Assembly: GCA_964370635.1 (NCBI GenBank) | Contig: CAYJJU010000002.1 | Location: forward strand, 93,237-157,236 | Reading direction: 5' to 3' | DNA from: an uncultured Eubacteriales bacterium | Lineage (GTDB): Bacteria > Bacillota > Clostridia > Oscillospirales > Acutalibacteraceae | Length of the DNA stretch: 64,000 bases | Shown here: positions 1-9,334 of the stretch, piece by piece | Layout of the letters: every line of letters starts with the position of its first letter | Numbering within the stretch: position 1 is the first letter of the stretch | Notes under the pieces: generated by a model | Database searches by the model: none | Told to the model about the DNA's origin: nothing | Seen by the model: only the letters and a program-made list of their open reading frames with translations | Translations under genes and position numbers: made by a program

Positions 1-105
1 TTCCTCGATACATAAGCCATCTCTAGGGTTTCTTGAATCTGCTACAACTATACGGTAGAAAGGAGCTTTTTTAGCGCCCATTCTGCGAAGTCTGATTTTA
101 ACCAT
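1..105 (-). CDS. rpsP: 30S ribosomal protein S16, N-terminal part (gene runs off window start)
   Basis: My reverse-strand translation from the ATG at 105..103 gives [36 protein letters not shown] lies upstream. It follows ffh as in the conserved ylxM-ffh-rpsP operon. Confidence 0.9.
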   Translation of the reverse strand, partial: MVKIRLRRMGAKKAPFYRIVVADSRNPRDGLCIEE

Positions 106-168
106 AATGTTACCTCCAAAATATTAAATAAAAATTATATATTGACCAAAAGTGAAACTTTGGTAATA

Positions 169-1506
169 CTACATGTCAAACGGAAGATTGCCCATATTAA
201 ACGGCATTTTTCTCTTCCCTTTTTTGCCTGAAAACTGCTTCATCATCTTTTGCATTTGTCTAAACTGATTTAAAAGCCTGTTTACGTCTTCAACCTTCAT
301 TCCGGCACCAGCCGCAATTCTTCTTTTTCTTTTTGCATCTATAATATCGGGTTTTGTCCTCTCCTTAGGCGTCATAGATAAAATTATTGCCGCAGTTCTA
401 TCCATAGCCCTGTCATCAATATTCATATCATCTATATTTTTAACGCCGGGGAGTTTTGAGAGTATACCCTTTAGCGGACCCATTTTTTTAATCTGCTCAA
501 ACTGACTTAGCATATCATTTAAGTCCATCTTGTTTTGCATTAATTTATCGGCAGTTTTCTGCGCTTCTTTTTCATCAAGCTTTAGCTGAGCTTCTTCTAT
601 AAGGGTCAGCACATCGCCCATTCCCAAAATTCTGTTTGCCATTCTGTCGGGATGAAACGCTTCTAAATCGCCTATTTTTTCGCCTGTACCTGAGAATTTA
701 ATGGGTTTTCCGGTAACGGCCCTTATTGATAAGGCAGCACCGCCCCTTGTGTCGCCGTCAAGTTTTGTGAGGATTACACCCGATATTTCAAGCTTCTCAT
801 CAAAAGTTTTTGCGACATTTACGGCCTCCTGTCCTGTCATGGAGTCTACAACAAGTAAAATATCGGTAGGATTTACCGCATCTTTAATTTGTTTTAATTC
901 TTCCATCAAGACTTCATCTATTTGAAGTCGACCTGCCGTATCTATAATCACATAATCATTACCAAAATCTCTGGCATGTTTAAGCGCTTCTTTTGCTGTT
1001 TTAACAGGGCTTTGTGTGCCTGCTTCAAACACCTTTGCTCCTGCCTGTTCGCCGACAATTTGTAGTTGTTTAATAGCTGCAGGCCTGTAAATATCGCCCG
1101 CCACAAGCAGTGGCCTGTGCCCTTGAGTTTTAAGCATTGCCGCAAGTTTTGCCGCATGTGTGGTTTTACCAGCACCCTGAAGACCGCACATCATAATGAC
1201 TGCCGGAGGCTTACTTGGAAAAACAAGCTTTTCCTGCTTTTCACCCATGAGCGCTGTAAGCTCTTCATTTACTATTTTTACAACCATTTGAGCCGGAGTA
1301 AGACTTTCCATAACCTGAGCGCCTACTGCCCTGTCTGTTACAGATTTTGTAAAATCTTTTGCTACCTTATAATTAACATCGGCTTCAAGTAGTGCAAGCC
1401 TAACTTCACGCATTGCTTCTTTAACATCGCCCTCGGTAAGTTTGCCCTTGCCACGAAGTTTTTTAAAGGCATTACCAAGTTTGTCTGCAAGACCTTCAAA
1501 CGCCAT
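169..1506 (-). CDS. ffh: signal recognition particle protein Ffh (SRP54)
   Basis: 445 aa. GTPase motifs GLQGAGKTT, DTAGR and TKLDGD, plus a Met-rich C-terminal M domain. Confidence 0.97.
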   Translation of the reverse strand: MAFEGLADKLGNAFKKLRGKGKLTEGDVKEAMREVRLALLEADVNYKVAKDFTKSVTDRAVGAQVMESLTPAQMVVKIVNEELTALMGEKQEKLVFPSKPPAVIMMCGLQGAGKTTHAAKLAAMLKTQGHRPLLVAGDIYRPAAIKQLQIVGEQAGAKVFEAGTQSPVKTAKEALKHARDFGNDYVIIDTAGRLQIDEVLMEELKQIKDAVNPTDILLVVDSMTGQEAVNVAKTFDEKLEISGVILTKLDGDTRGGAALSIRAVTGKPIKFSGTGEKIGDLEAFHPDRMANRILGMGDVLTLIEEAQLKLDEKEAQKTADKLMQNKMDLNDMLSQFEQIKKMGPLKGILSKLPGVKNIDDMNIDDRAMDRTAAIILSMTPKERTKPDIIDAKRKRRIAAGAGMKVEDVNRLLNQFRQMQKMMKQFSGKKGKRKMPFNMGNLPFDM

Positions 1507-1509
1507 AGT

Positions 1510-1875
1510 TTACCCCTCTTCTTCCACAAGCTCTTCGACGGCCAAAATAATTTGCGACACAGCATTTTCTATGTCCTCATTACTGCCCTCATTAAGCTCA
1601 CCTATCTCAACCGCGCAGTCGCAGATAAACGCAAGCTTATCCTGCACCTTTTTAAAGCGCTTTGCAAGACCGAGTCTTTCCTCCATGTCTACCAAAAGAG
1701 CCTCAGAGCGCTTTATAGCATCTCTTACACCTTGTCGTGTAATATTTTTTTCTTCCGCAATTTCGGATAAAGATAAATCGTCGTTATAATAATTTTCCAC
1801 AACTTCACGCTGCTTATCGGTAAGCATGTCACCGTAAAAATCAAGCAAAACCGTGATTTGCAAATTTTTTGCCAT
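1510..1875 (-). CDS. ylxM: YlxM-like putative DNA-binding protein (UPF0122)
   Basis: 121 aa, directly upstream of ffh. HTH-like segment LSLSEIAEEKNITRQGVRDAIKR. Confidence 0.85.
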   Translation of the reverse strand: MAKNLQITVLLDFYGDMLTDKQREVVENYYNDDLSLSEIAEEKNITRQGVRDAIKRSEALLVDMEERLGLAKRFKKVQDKLAFICDCAVEIGELNEGSNEDIENAVSQIILAVEELVEEEG

Positions 1876-2033
1876 CGTTAACCCCTCACTCTCTGTAAAG
1901 CTATTTTCTTTACACTGCTTTTGAGATTATACTACATAAAATTTACTTTGTCAATACAAAATAGAGTTTAAATCTTTACTTTTTAACATCTTTATAGTAA
2001 AATTATTTGAATTAAAATTTAAGGAGCCTTGTA

Positions 2034-3578
2034 ATGATATATTTTAACTGCGACTATACCGAGGGTGCGCACCCGAAGATTTTAGAGAGTCTAATAAATA
2101 CTAATATGGAGCAAACTATAGGCTATGGTGAAGACGAGTACTGCCAAAGGGCAAAATCGCTTATAAAAAAAGCCTGTGATAACGAAACTATAGATATTCA
2201 CTTTTTAGTGGGTGGAACGCAGACTAATTTAAGCTTTATTTCAAGTGCACTAAGGCCTCATCAAGGCGTCATAAGTGCAAATACCGGGCATATAAGTGTG
2301 CACGAAACGGGCGCAATTGAGGCAACAGGCCACAAGGTGCTTACAATTAACACTAAAGAAGACGGCAAACTTTTGGCGTCTGACATAGAAAAATATATTG
2401 AAAACCATGTAAACGACCCCGCAATGGAGCACACGGTACAGCCAAAGCTTGTCTATATTTCAAACTCTACCGAAAGCGGTGCAATTTACAAAAAATCGGA
2501 ATTAACTCAAATTAGCAAGGTCTGCAAAAAGCACGGACTTTACCTATATTTAGACGGTGCAAGGCTTGGCTATGCGCTATCTTCAAAAGAAAACGACCTA
2601 ACACTACATGATTTAACTAAACTTTGCGATGCCTTTTATATAGGAGGCACGAAAGTAGGCACACTCTTTGGCGAGGCATTAATTATTGCAAACGACAATT
2701 TAAAAGAAGACTTTAGATACATAATTAAACAAAAAGGCGCTTTGCTTGCCAAGGGCAGACTTTTGGGGCTTCAATTTTTAAGCCTCTTTGAAGATGGCTT
2801 ATATAAAAAAATATCCGACCACGCAATAAAAATGGCGGAAAAAATATCGAAAGCACTCTCCGATTGTTCGATAAATCTTTATTCCAAACAAGAAACAAAT
2901 CAAATTTTTGTCATTATGACAAAATCGCTTTTCAAAGCACTTGAAAACGATTATATTTTTGAATTTTGGGGGCCTTACGACGACGAACATGACATTATAA
3001 GAATTTGCACAAGCTGGGCTACCACTGAAGAAAATGTAGACAAACTAATTCATGACATAAAAATGTCATCTATGACATTTAGACTCGCAGCACCTGAAGA
3101 TTTACCCAAGCTTCAACCTCTAATTAAAGAAGTGGTAAAGAAAATGGAAGAAGATAAAATCTTCATTTGGGACGACGTTTACCCCTTAGTAATGATGGAG
3201 CCCGACATAAAAAAACAGCGTCTTCATGTTTTAGAAAACAAAAAAGACGGAGTAATTGCAATGTTCTCACTTTGTGAGGAAAACGGCGAAAAATCACAAC
3301 TTGTGTGGGCGGACGAAAGTGCGACATCGCTTTACATGTACCGACTTGCAATACACCCAAAATACACAGGACAAGGGCTTGCTACAGAGCTTATAAATAA
3401 AGCCATAAATATTTCAAAAAGCAAGGCTGCAGATTACCTAAGACTACTAGTAGTAGAGGGAAACACCCCTGCGTTTAAATTATACGAAAAATTAAACTTT
3501 CAAGCCGCAAAAGGATTTTATGAAGACAAAATAGACGATAGAATTCTTATAGAATATGGGTTTGAGATAAAGATATAA
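2034..3578 (+). CDS. threonine aldolase-like PLP enzyme fused to C-terminal GNAT acetyltransferase
   Basis: 514 aa. Residues about 1-340 resemble low-specificity threonine aldolases (GGTQTNL, DGARL, GGTK lysine). Residues about 345-514 carry a GNAT core (YRLAIHPKYTGQGLATELINKAI). Confidence 0.75.
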   Translation: MIYFNCDYTEGAHPKILESLINTNMEQTIGYGEDEYCQRAKSLIKKACDNETIDIHFLVGGTQTNLSFISSALRPHQGVISANTGHISVHETGAIEATGHKVLTINTKEDGKLLASDIEKYIENHVNDPAMEHTVQPKLVYISNSTESGAIYKKSELTQISKVCKKHGLYLYLDGARLGYALSSKENDLTLHDLTKLCDAFYIGGTKVGTLFGEALIIANDNLKEDFRYIIKQKGALLAKGRLLGLQFLSLFEDGLYKKISDHAIKMAEKISKALSDCSINLYSKQETNQIFVIMTKSLFKALENDYIFEFWGPYDDEHDIIRICTSWATTEENVDKLIHDIKMSSMTFRLAAPEDLPKLQPLIKEVVKKMEEDKIFIWDDVYPLVMMEPDIKKQRLHVLENKKDGVIAMFSLCEENGEKSQLVWADESATSLYMYRLAIHPKYTGQGLATELINKAINISKSKAADYLRLLVVEGNTPAFKLYEKLNFQAAKGFYEDKIDDRILIEYGFEIKI

Positions 3579-3583
3579 TAAAA

Positions 3584-3605
3584 AGCTGGCCTGAAAAGGT
3601 CAGCT
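3584..3605. terminator. hairpin AGCTGGCCT-GAAA-AGGTCAGCT, left copy of a duplicated bidirectional terminator
   Basis: The 22-nt string is identical to 3803..3824. It has an A-run on its left, and the right copy has a T-run on its right. It lies between convergent genes. Confidence 0.7.
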
Positions 3606-3802
3606 CAGCGTGTCAAAAAAGTCCTACTTTTTTGACACGCTGCCGGACTGTCCAAAATCTGCAAGACAAGGAACAAATACCCTAAAATGACCGAGTAATA
3701 CGAGGGTATATGAGGGAAATTTTAGGGTGTTTGTGACGCGGGAAGCAAAAAAATGAGCCAAGCTGGCTCATTTTTTGCGTTTGTGGGTTTTTCGACAGTC
3801 TG
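3606..3802 (+). mobile_element. MITE-like element E1 (197 bp), no coding capacity
   Basis: The ends CAGCGTGTCAAAAA and TTTTCGACAGTCTG are imperfect terminal inverted repeats. The element is flanked by an identical 22-bp duplication. Inside are a perfect 15-bp hairpin (3608..3640), a 10-bp inverted repeat ACCCTAAAAT/ATTTTAGGGT, and the hairpin AAAAAATGAGCC-AAGC-TGGCTCATTTTTT. Confidence 0.7.
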
Positions 3803-3824
3803 AGCTGGCCTGAAAAGGTCAGCT
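3803..3824. terminator. right copy of the duplicated terminator hairpin
   Basis: Identical 22 nt to 3584..3605, followed by TTTTT. Confidence 0.7.
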
Positions 3825-3830
3825 TTTTCA

Positions 3831-4028
3831 TTAGATATAAACATCAATATTCTTCCCCGGGGCCATTGGGGGTTTGTTTGCGTTCATCATTTCTAGTAAA
3901 TTTTGTGATGTCGCCTCAGTTGTATCCATTGCTTTTTTCGCCATGCTTAAACTTACTTGTTGCATGGTGCTCGACGAGCTCATTGCCATGCTTAAAGCCG
4001 CTATATCCATAACCATAACTTTCACCAT
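3831..4028 (-). CDS. YjfB-like small putative motility protein
   Basis: 65 aa ORF with MDIAALSMAMS...VSLSMAKKAMDT, typical of the YjfB family. The true start may be the internal Met at 4010. Confidence 0.6.
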   Translation of the reverse strand: MVKVMVMDIAALSMAMSSSSTMQQVSLSMAKKAMDTTEATSQNLLEMMNANKPPMAPGKNIDVYI

Positions 4029-4135
4029 CCGTTACCTTATTTCTGCCTATATTATACAACAAAAAATCAAAAAAGTAAATAGTGCATTTTTTATTTTATT
4101 ATGCTATAATAAAATAAAAATGGGTGGACAAATTC

Positions 4136-5269
4136 ATGTTTGAGATAATAAGAGAGATAAAAGTTAACAAACTTCGCAGTATTTTGCTTTTGCTCGTACT
4201 GCTGATAAGCCTTACGTGTATCGGTGTTTATTTTGGAAATATAGTGCAAAACATAAATTTGCTTGAAAATATTTCAGATGACATATCGGTCGAGATGCAA
4301 GTTGTAAATGCAAACGGCACTAAAAGCAATCAACTGACTATCAGTGGCGACACAGCCAAAAAACTTTTAGAAAATACAACTTACACAGAAAATGAAGTAT
4401 ATACCATTATGGCTTTAGGACGAGATGAACTCTCAGAAAACAGCGCTAATATACCCGTGGTCGGTGTGAGTAATTTTGACGAAAATTTTGACAGTTTAGA
4501 AGAAAACGTTTGTGTCGTACCTAAAAATTATGCAGAGTTTAATAATTTAAAGGTTGGCGACATGCTAACGCTTCAAATTTTTATGTATAAATTCACAAAT
4601 AATGACAGCGTTTTTGAGCTCTTGCCTCTTGATAAAGTTGAACTTGAGATAATAGACTTTTACGAAAGTTCTCAGTCAAGCGAAATTATAACCCCAATTA
4701 AAGTCTTAGAAAAACTTATTCAAAACGAGGGCGAAGAACTTACCTATTCTTCATTTAGTGCCAAGGTGGAAGACCCCACAAATTTGAATGAATTTAAGCT
4801 ACTTTTAAGCACAAACGGCTTTCAAGAGGCTTCTCTTTCGGCACAGGAGAAATTATACGACAATAACATAAGCTTTGACGATAGACTATTCATCGAAACC
4901 GCAGGGCCTATCGAAAATATGCTAAACATGTTTTATATGCTCGCAACACCCTTTACCCTGATCATACTTATTCTAAACATAGTGGTCATTTTGATGATTT
5001 ACAGACAGTCGCTAAAAGAAATTGCGCTATACTTCTGCATAGGAAAAAGCATAAAAGAAATTAAAAATTTGTACTTTTATTCGGTTTTAATAATAAATGC
5101 TTTTGTGTCGGTGGCAGGCTTATTTGTGCTTTTAATTATACTCCATTCTATTATTTGGGCACTGGGATTAGTCTTGCTGTGTTTTATGCTGACGAGCGTC
5201 GGTTCAAGGCTGGCACTTTCTATGCTTTTAAAAACGGATTTTGTAAAACATCTTGGCAGTGATGATTAA
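4136..5269 (+). CDS. FtsX/MacB-type ABC permease, short form
   Basis: One N-terminal TM, an extracytoplasmic domain of about 230 aa, and three C-terminal TMs. I prefer the ATG at 4136 (GGTGGA 7 nt upstream) over the GTG at 4124. Confidence 0.75.
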   Translation: MFEIIREIKVNKLRSILLLLVLLISLTCIGVYFGNIVQNINLLENISDDISVEMQVVNANGTKSNQLTISGDTAKKLLENTTYTENEVYTIMALGRDELSENSANIPVVGVSNFDENFDSLEENVCVVPKNYAEFNNLKVGDMLTLQIFMYKFTNNDSVFELLPLDKVELEIIDFYESSQSSEIITPIKVLEKLIQNEGEELTYSSFSAKVEDPTNLNEFKLLLSTNGFQEASLSAQEKLYDNNISFDDRLFIETAGPIENMLNMFYMLATPFTLIILILNIVVILMIYRQSLKEIALYFCIGKSIKEIKNLYFYSVLIINAFVSVAGLFVLLIILHSIIWALGLVLLCFMLTSVGSRLALSMLLKTDFVKHLGSDD

Positions 5270-5281
5270 GGAGGGGTGAAC

Positions 5282-5950
5282 ATGTTAGAAGTCATAAATT
5301 TAAATTATACCTATGAGAGCAAATACCAAAAGGTGCATGCACTAAAAAATGTCAACTGCAAATTTTTACCTGGCAAATTTTATGCTATAAGCGGAGCCTC
5401 GGGCAGTGGCAAGAGTACACTGCTAATGCTTCTTGCCGGCTTAATGGAAGTGGTCGAGGGCGACATATGTTTTGATGAGAAAAAAATCTCTGACATAGGC
5501 GGTGACACTTACAGAAGAGAAATAGTGAGCGTGATTTTTCAACAGTACAACCTGTTTGAAAAACTCTCTGTCCTTGAAAACGTCGTACTGCCTGCAACTA
5601 TTGCAAAGCTTTCCACTAAAAAACTCATAGAAGAAAGAGCAATAGAAAAGCTAAACGCCGTCGGCATAGGCAGCGATAAACTAAAAAAACTGCCAAACAT
5701 GCTCTCCGGCGGAGAGCGCCAAAGGGTGGCAATTGCAAGGGCGCTTACCTCAAAAAGCAAGGTGATTTTAGCCGATGAGCCCACAGGCAGTTTGGACACT
5801 GAAAATTCTGAAATAGTGGTAAATTTATTAAAGCGCCTGACAAAAGAGGAAAACTGCGCTTTGATAATGGTGACGCATGATGAAAGAATTGTGGCGCAAG
5901 CCGATGTGGTTTATACCATGAAAGACGGTGTGTTGACCTATGAAAAATAG
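5282..5950 (+). CDS. ABC transporter ATP-binding protein (MacB/LolD-like)
   Basis: Walker A GASGSGKST, signature LSGGERQR, Walker B ILADEPTGSLD. ATG at 5282 follows AAGGAGGGG. Confidence 0.95.
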   Translation: MLEVINLNYTYESKYQKVHALKNVNCKFLPGKFYAISGASGSGKSTLLMLLAGLMEVVEGDICFDEKKISDIGGDTYRREIVSVIFQQYNLFEKLSVLENVVLPATIAKLSTKKLIEERAIEKLNAVGIGSDKLKKLPNMLSGGERQRVAIARALTSKSKVILADEPTGSLDTENSEIVVNLLKRLTKEENCALIMVTHDERIVAQADVVYTMKDGVLTYEK

Positions 5951-7790
5951 TATTAAACAGTTGTTTAGGTCACCGCTTAAGGCCTGCATACTGCTCATTG
6001 CGCTGAGCCTTTCCATGATAATTTGCATACTATCGCTATACCTATTTTTAAACTCCTCAGAGCAAATGGAAAGTTTGCAATCGGAATTTATCACCATAGG
6101 AACGGTAGAGCAAAAAAGCGATTCACAGGAGCAGGTGGAGGTTTGGGACTGGGTCAATAAAGAGTACACAAACTACTTAGTTCCCTCATACACAAAAATA
6201 CTAGGCGAGGAAATTTTTGTAGAGCTTAACGCACCGTTTTTAATAGAGCCTACAAAAAGGGCGTATTTTGGCGCAAAAACCGATTATGTTTTGCAGGACA
6301 ATGCACTATTTTACAGCCTTTCTGAGTATCACCCCGTCGTGGAATTTAAGGTTGAAGAGGACTGCGTGCCAAATGAGCCTGTTGAAATAACGGTCACAAA
6401 AATATTATCAGGAGAGCTCACTTCCCAAAGTACGAAGAAAAATGAAAACGGCGAAACGGTGATTTTATTTTGCGATGTGGAAAATGAAAGCCCAATAAAC
6501 TTAGAAGTCGGCAAAACATATGTGACATCACTCAGGCGAACGCTTGAGCCAAGTTCCGGAATAGAATTTTTTGCGGGGATTAACTGGAGCACAAGAAACA
6601 CGCAAAGGGACGAAAGCGGAGAGCAGATAGAGAGCGATATTTTAAATCAAATAGGCTCAATAGCCGAAGTTGACGATAAATTTTACGAAAGTGACATGGG
6701 AAAATACTGGCTTAATTTACCTAGCGCCCTTGTCGATTTAGACAAAACTTTGCCTGTAATAGCGACAAAAAGCACGGCACTTATAGCCGATTTTCACGAT
6801 AAAACAGCAATGATAACAGCTGGTCGTGATATCACAAGCGAAGAGTACGAAAGCGGGGCGAAAACATGCCTTGTTCCCGAAGAATTTATGCAAAACAACA
6901 ACTTGAATTTAGGCGATAAAATAAACTTACCCTTGTATTTTGCAAACGAAAACACCTCGCCTACATATTTATTTTCTAAGGGAAATGTGCTTTTATTTGA
7001 CTTTTTACTTTTAAATGCACAGGGCGAAAAATACGAAGTTTTCTTTGAGGAAGAATATGAAATAGTCGGCATATATAACAGCGCCTTGACAGCGAGCAAG
7101 CATTACACCCAAACCGAAATAGCAAGGGACATGATTATCATTCCTCAAAACTCTATAAGCGAAAGTTATGAAAATAACCTTGCGGATTTTGGCACTATGA
7201 AGGCGCAGACAACGTCTTTTCAAATTCCAAACGGAAGCATAGGAGAATTTGAAAAAATATTTGAAGAAAACGGCATAAACGAGCTGTTTGACATCAGTTT
7301 TGACGACAGAGGATATGGCGAAATCAAAGAAAATTTAGAGCAAACACGCAGTTTTTCGGGTCTACTCATGATAGTCGGTATTAATGTTTCTATAGTGGTT
7401 GTAATTATATTAATATTCTTCTTCGTCGTTAAAGAGCAAAAGAGAACGGTGCTTGAAAAAGCCGTGGGCATGAGTAATTTTCAGTGCATAATGTCGATTT
7501 TAAGCGCAGTTTTGGTAGTTTTGGCGCTATCAATTTTACTAGCCGTCGCCTCTTCCTATGTTTTGATCTACATATCAAACGGCGCGCAGAGTGCGGAGCT
7601 TGGCTATAAATACGGCTATAGCACCCAGTTTAGTATAGGTTTTAGCGATAATGAAATTTCCGTATCGGAAAATATTAATTTAGGCAATTTCATAAAAGTA
7701 AGCACTGCCGTTTCACTTGCAATCACGGCTTCAATCACGGCTTTATCGCTGATTTTCATTAAAAAAATTCTTAGAAAAAGCAGACTATAG
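5940..7790 (+). CDS. FtsX/MacB-type ABC permease, long form
   Basis: 616 aa. TM1, an extracytoplasmic domain of about 430 aa, and three C-terminal TMs. Overlaps the ATPase stop by 11 nt. Confidence 0.8.
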   Translation: MKNSIKQLFRSPLKACILLIALSLSMIICILSLYLFLNSSEQMESLQSEFITIGTVEQKSDSQEQVEVWDWVNKEYTNYLVPSYTKILGEEIFVELNAPFLIEPTKRAYFGAKTDYVLQDNALFYSLSEYHPVVEFKVEEDCVPNEPVEITVTKILSGELTSQSTKKNENGETVILFCDVENESPINLEVGKTYVTSLRRTLEPSSGIEFFAGINWSTRNTQRDESGEQIESDILNQIGSIAEVDDKFYESDMGKYWLNLPSALVDLDKTLPVIATKSTALIADFHDKTAMITAGRDITSEEYESGAKTCLVPEEFMQNNNLNLGDKINLPLYFANENTSPTYLFSKGNVLLFDFLLLNAQGEKYEVFFEEEYEIVGIYNSALTASKHYTQTEIARDMIIIPQNSISESYENNLADFGTMKAQTTSFQIPNGSIGEFEKIFEENGINELFDISFDDRGYGEIKENLEQTRSFSGLLMIVGINVSIVVVIILIFFFVVKEQKRTVLEKAVGMSNFQCIMSILSAVLVVLALSILLAVASSYVLIYISNGAQSAELGYKYGYSTQFSIGFSDNEISVSENINLGNFIKVSTAVSLAITASITALSLIFIKKILRKSRL

Positions 7791-7970
7791 CACCTTCTCA
7801 ACTCTAAAACTTTACATATCTATCGGCTGTTTTTACCCAAAACTGCGTTGTCGTCAATCGGAATACGTCAAGTATTCCTCAATCCTCCGCCTTGTTTTGA
7901 ACTAAAACATCTCGATATCTATTGTATACTTTCAGAGTTAACAAGGTGCCAATAATATAAGGAGGTAGCT

Positions 7971-8735
7971 ATGATAAAATTAATAGTAAGCGACTTGGAT
8001 AATACCCTTTTAAATTCACAGCAAATCATTTCGCCATACACGGCGGAAATTTTGGAAAAATGCAGAGAAAATGGTGTGGTTACGGCCTTTGCAACGGCAA
8101 GGCCTATAAGATATACTAATTGCTTTTTTAAATATTTCACGCCTGATGCTTTTATTTGCCATAATGGTGCCGTGATTAATTTTCCAAACGGGAATATTTC
8201 TCATGTAGGAATAGAGCATGAAAAGGCTATTGCATTTATTAAAAAACTGATAGACTATAGTGATAATTTAGAAATTGCTGTCGAATATCAGGATAAAATT
8301 TACGCAAATTTTGATGCCGGGAAATACTGGAAGGGCATAGATTATAATAAATCTAATCTAATTGATTTAGCTTTTGACACCGCCGACAAAGTTTTGGTGG
8401 CTTTAAGCGATGCACAGGCAGAGGATGTAAAAAAATTTATACCCGAAAATTGCTATCTGGAAAAATCAAAAGACGGGGTATGCATGGTGATGAACAATGA
8501 AGCCACAAAAATAAATGCAATTAAAAAACTTTGCAAGCATTTAAACATTGACATATCGCAAGTTGTAGCTTTTGGCGACGACCACAACGACCTTAGCATG
8601 ATAAAAGGCTGCGGCATAGGCGTTGCCGTTCAAAACGCAAGAGAAGAAATAAAGGCAGTAGCAAAAGACTTTTGCCCGTCAAACGATGAGGACGGCGTGG
8701 CGAAATGGCTTTTAGAAAATGTTTTGGAGGGATAA
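7971..8735 (+). CDS. Cof-type HAD-IIB hydrolase
   Basis: 254 aa with motifs VSDLDNTLL and FGDDHNDLSM. Confidence 0.9.
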   Translation: MIKLIVSDLDNTLLNSQQIISPYTAEILEKCRENGVVTAFATARPIRYTNCFFKYFTPDAFICHNGAVINFPNGNISHVGIEHEKAIAFIKKLIDYSDNLEIAVEYQDKIYANFDAGKYWKGIDYNKSNLIDLAFDTADKVLVALSDAQAEDVKKFIPENCYLEKSKDGVCMVMNNEATKINAIKKLCKHLNIDISQVVAFGDDHNDLSMIKGCGIGVAVQNAREEIKAVAKDFCPSNDEDGVAKWLLENVLEG

Positions 8736-8738
8736 AAG

Positions 8739-9290
8739 ATGAAACTAATATGGATAATCGGCAGTGGAGCGGTAGGGAAAATGACCGTGGGGCAAGAACT
8801 TATGAAAATCACCGATTTAAGGCTTTTTCACAACCATATGATGATAGAAGCCGCCATTGATATTTTCGGCAGATTTGAAGGAAAAGCCATACTAAAACTG
8901 CGTGAAGTAATATTTGAGGAATTTTCTAAATCGGATTTATACGGCATGATTTTTACTTACATGTGGGCCTTTGACATGGAAAGCGACAGAGAATATGTGG
9001 AACATGTGACAAATATTTTTAAGGAAAAAGGCGCAGAAATTTACTGTGTCGAGCTAATTTCCGACCAAGAAACAAGGCTTAAACGAAACGAAACGGAAAA
9101 TAGACGCAGTCATAAAAAATCAAAGCAAAACATAGAATTTTCTAAGGGTTTAATTTTAAACGAGGATAAAAATTACCGCCTTGTAAGTAATGACGGCGAA
9201 ATTCCTTTTGAAAATTATATGAGAATAGACAACACAAACTTATCCCCTGACAGCGTGGCAAATATGATAAAAAAGGAATTCAAGCTATAA
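8739..9290 (+). CDS. P-loop NTPase / small-molecule kinase-like protein
   Basis: 183 aa with N-terminal Walker A GSGAVGKMT. Family not resolved. Confidence 0.6.
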   Translation: MKLIWIIGSGAVGKMTVGQELMKITDLRLFHNHMMIEAAIDIFGRFEGKAILKLREVIFEEFSKSDLYGMIFTYMWAFDMESDREYVEHVTNIFKEKGAEIYCVELISDQETRLKRNETENRRSHKKSKQNIEFSKGLILNEDKNYRLVSNDGEIPFENYMRIDNTNLSPDSVANMIKKEFKL

Positions 9291-9295
9291 AACCC

Positions 9296-9324
9296 TTGAC
9301 AAAACAACAAAATTCTAGTATCAT
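9296..9324 (+). promoter_or_regulatory. sigmaA-type promoter of the ilv leader
   Basis: TTGACA (9296..9301), 17 nt spacer, TATCAT (9319..9324). Confidence 0.7.
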
Positions 9325-9334
9325 TAGCTACATA

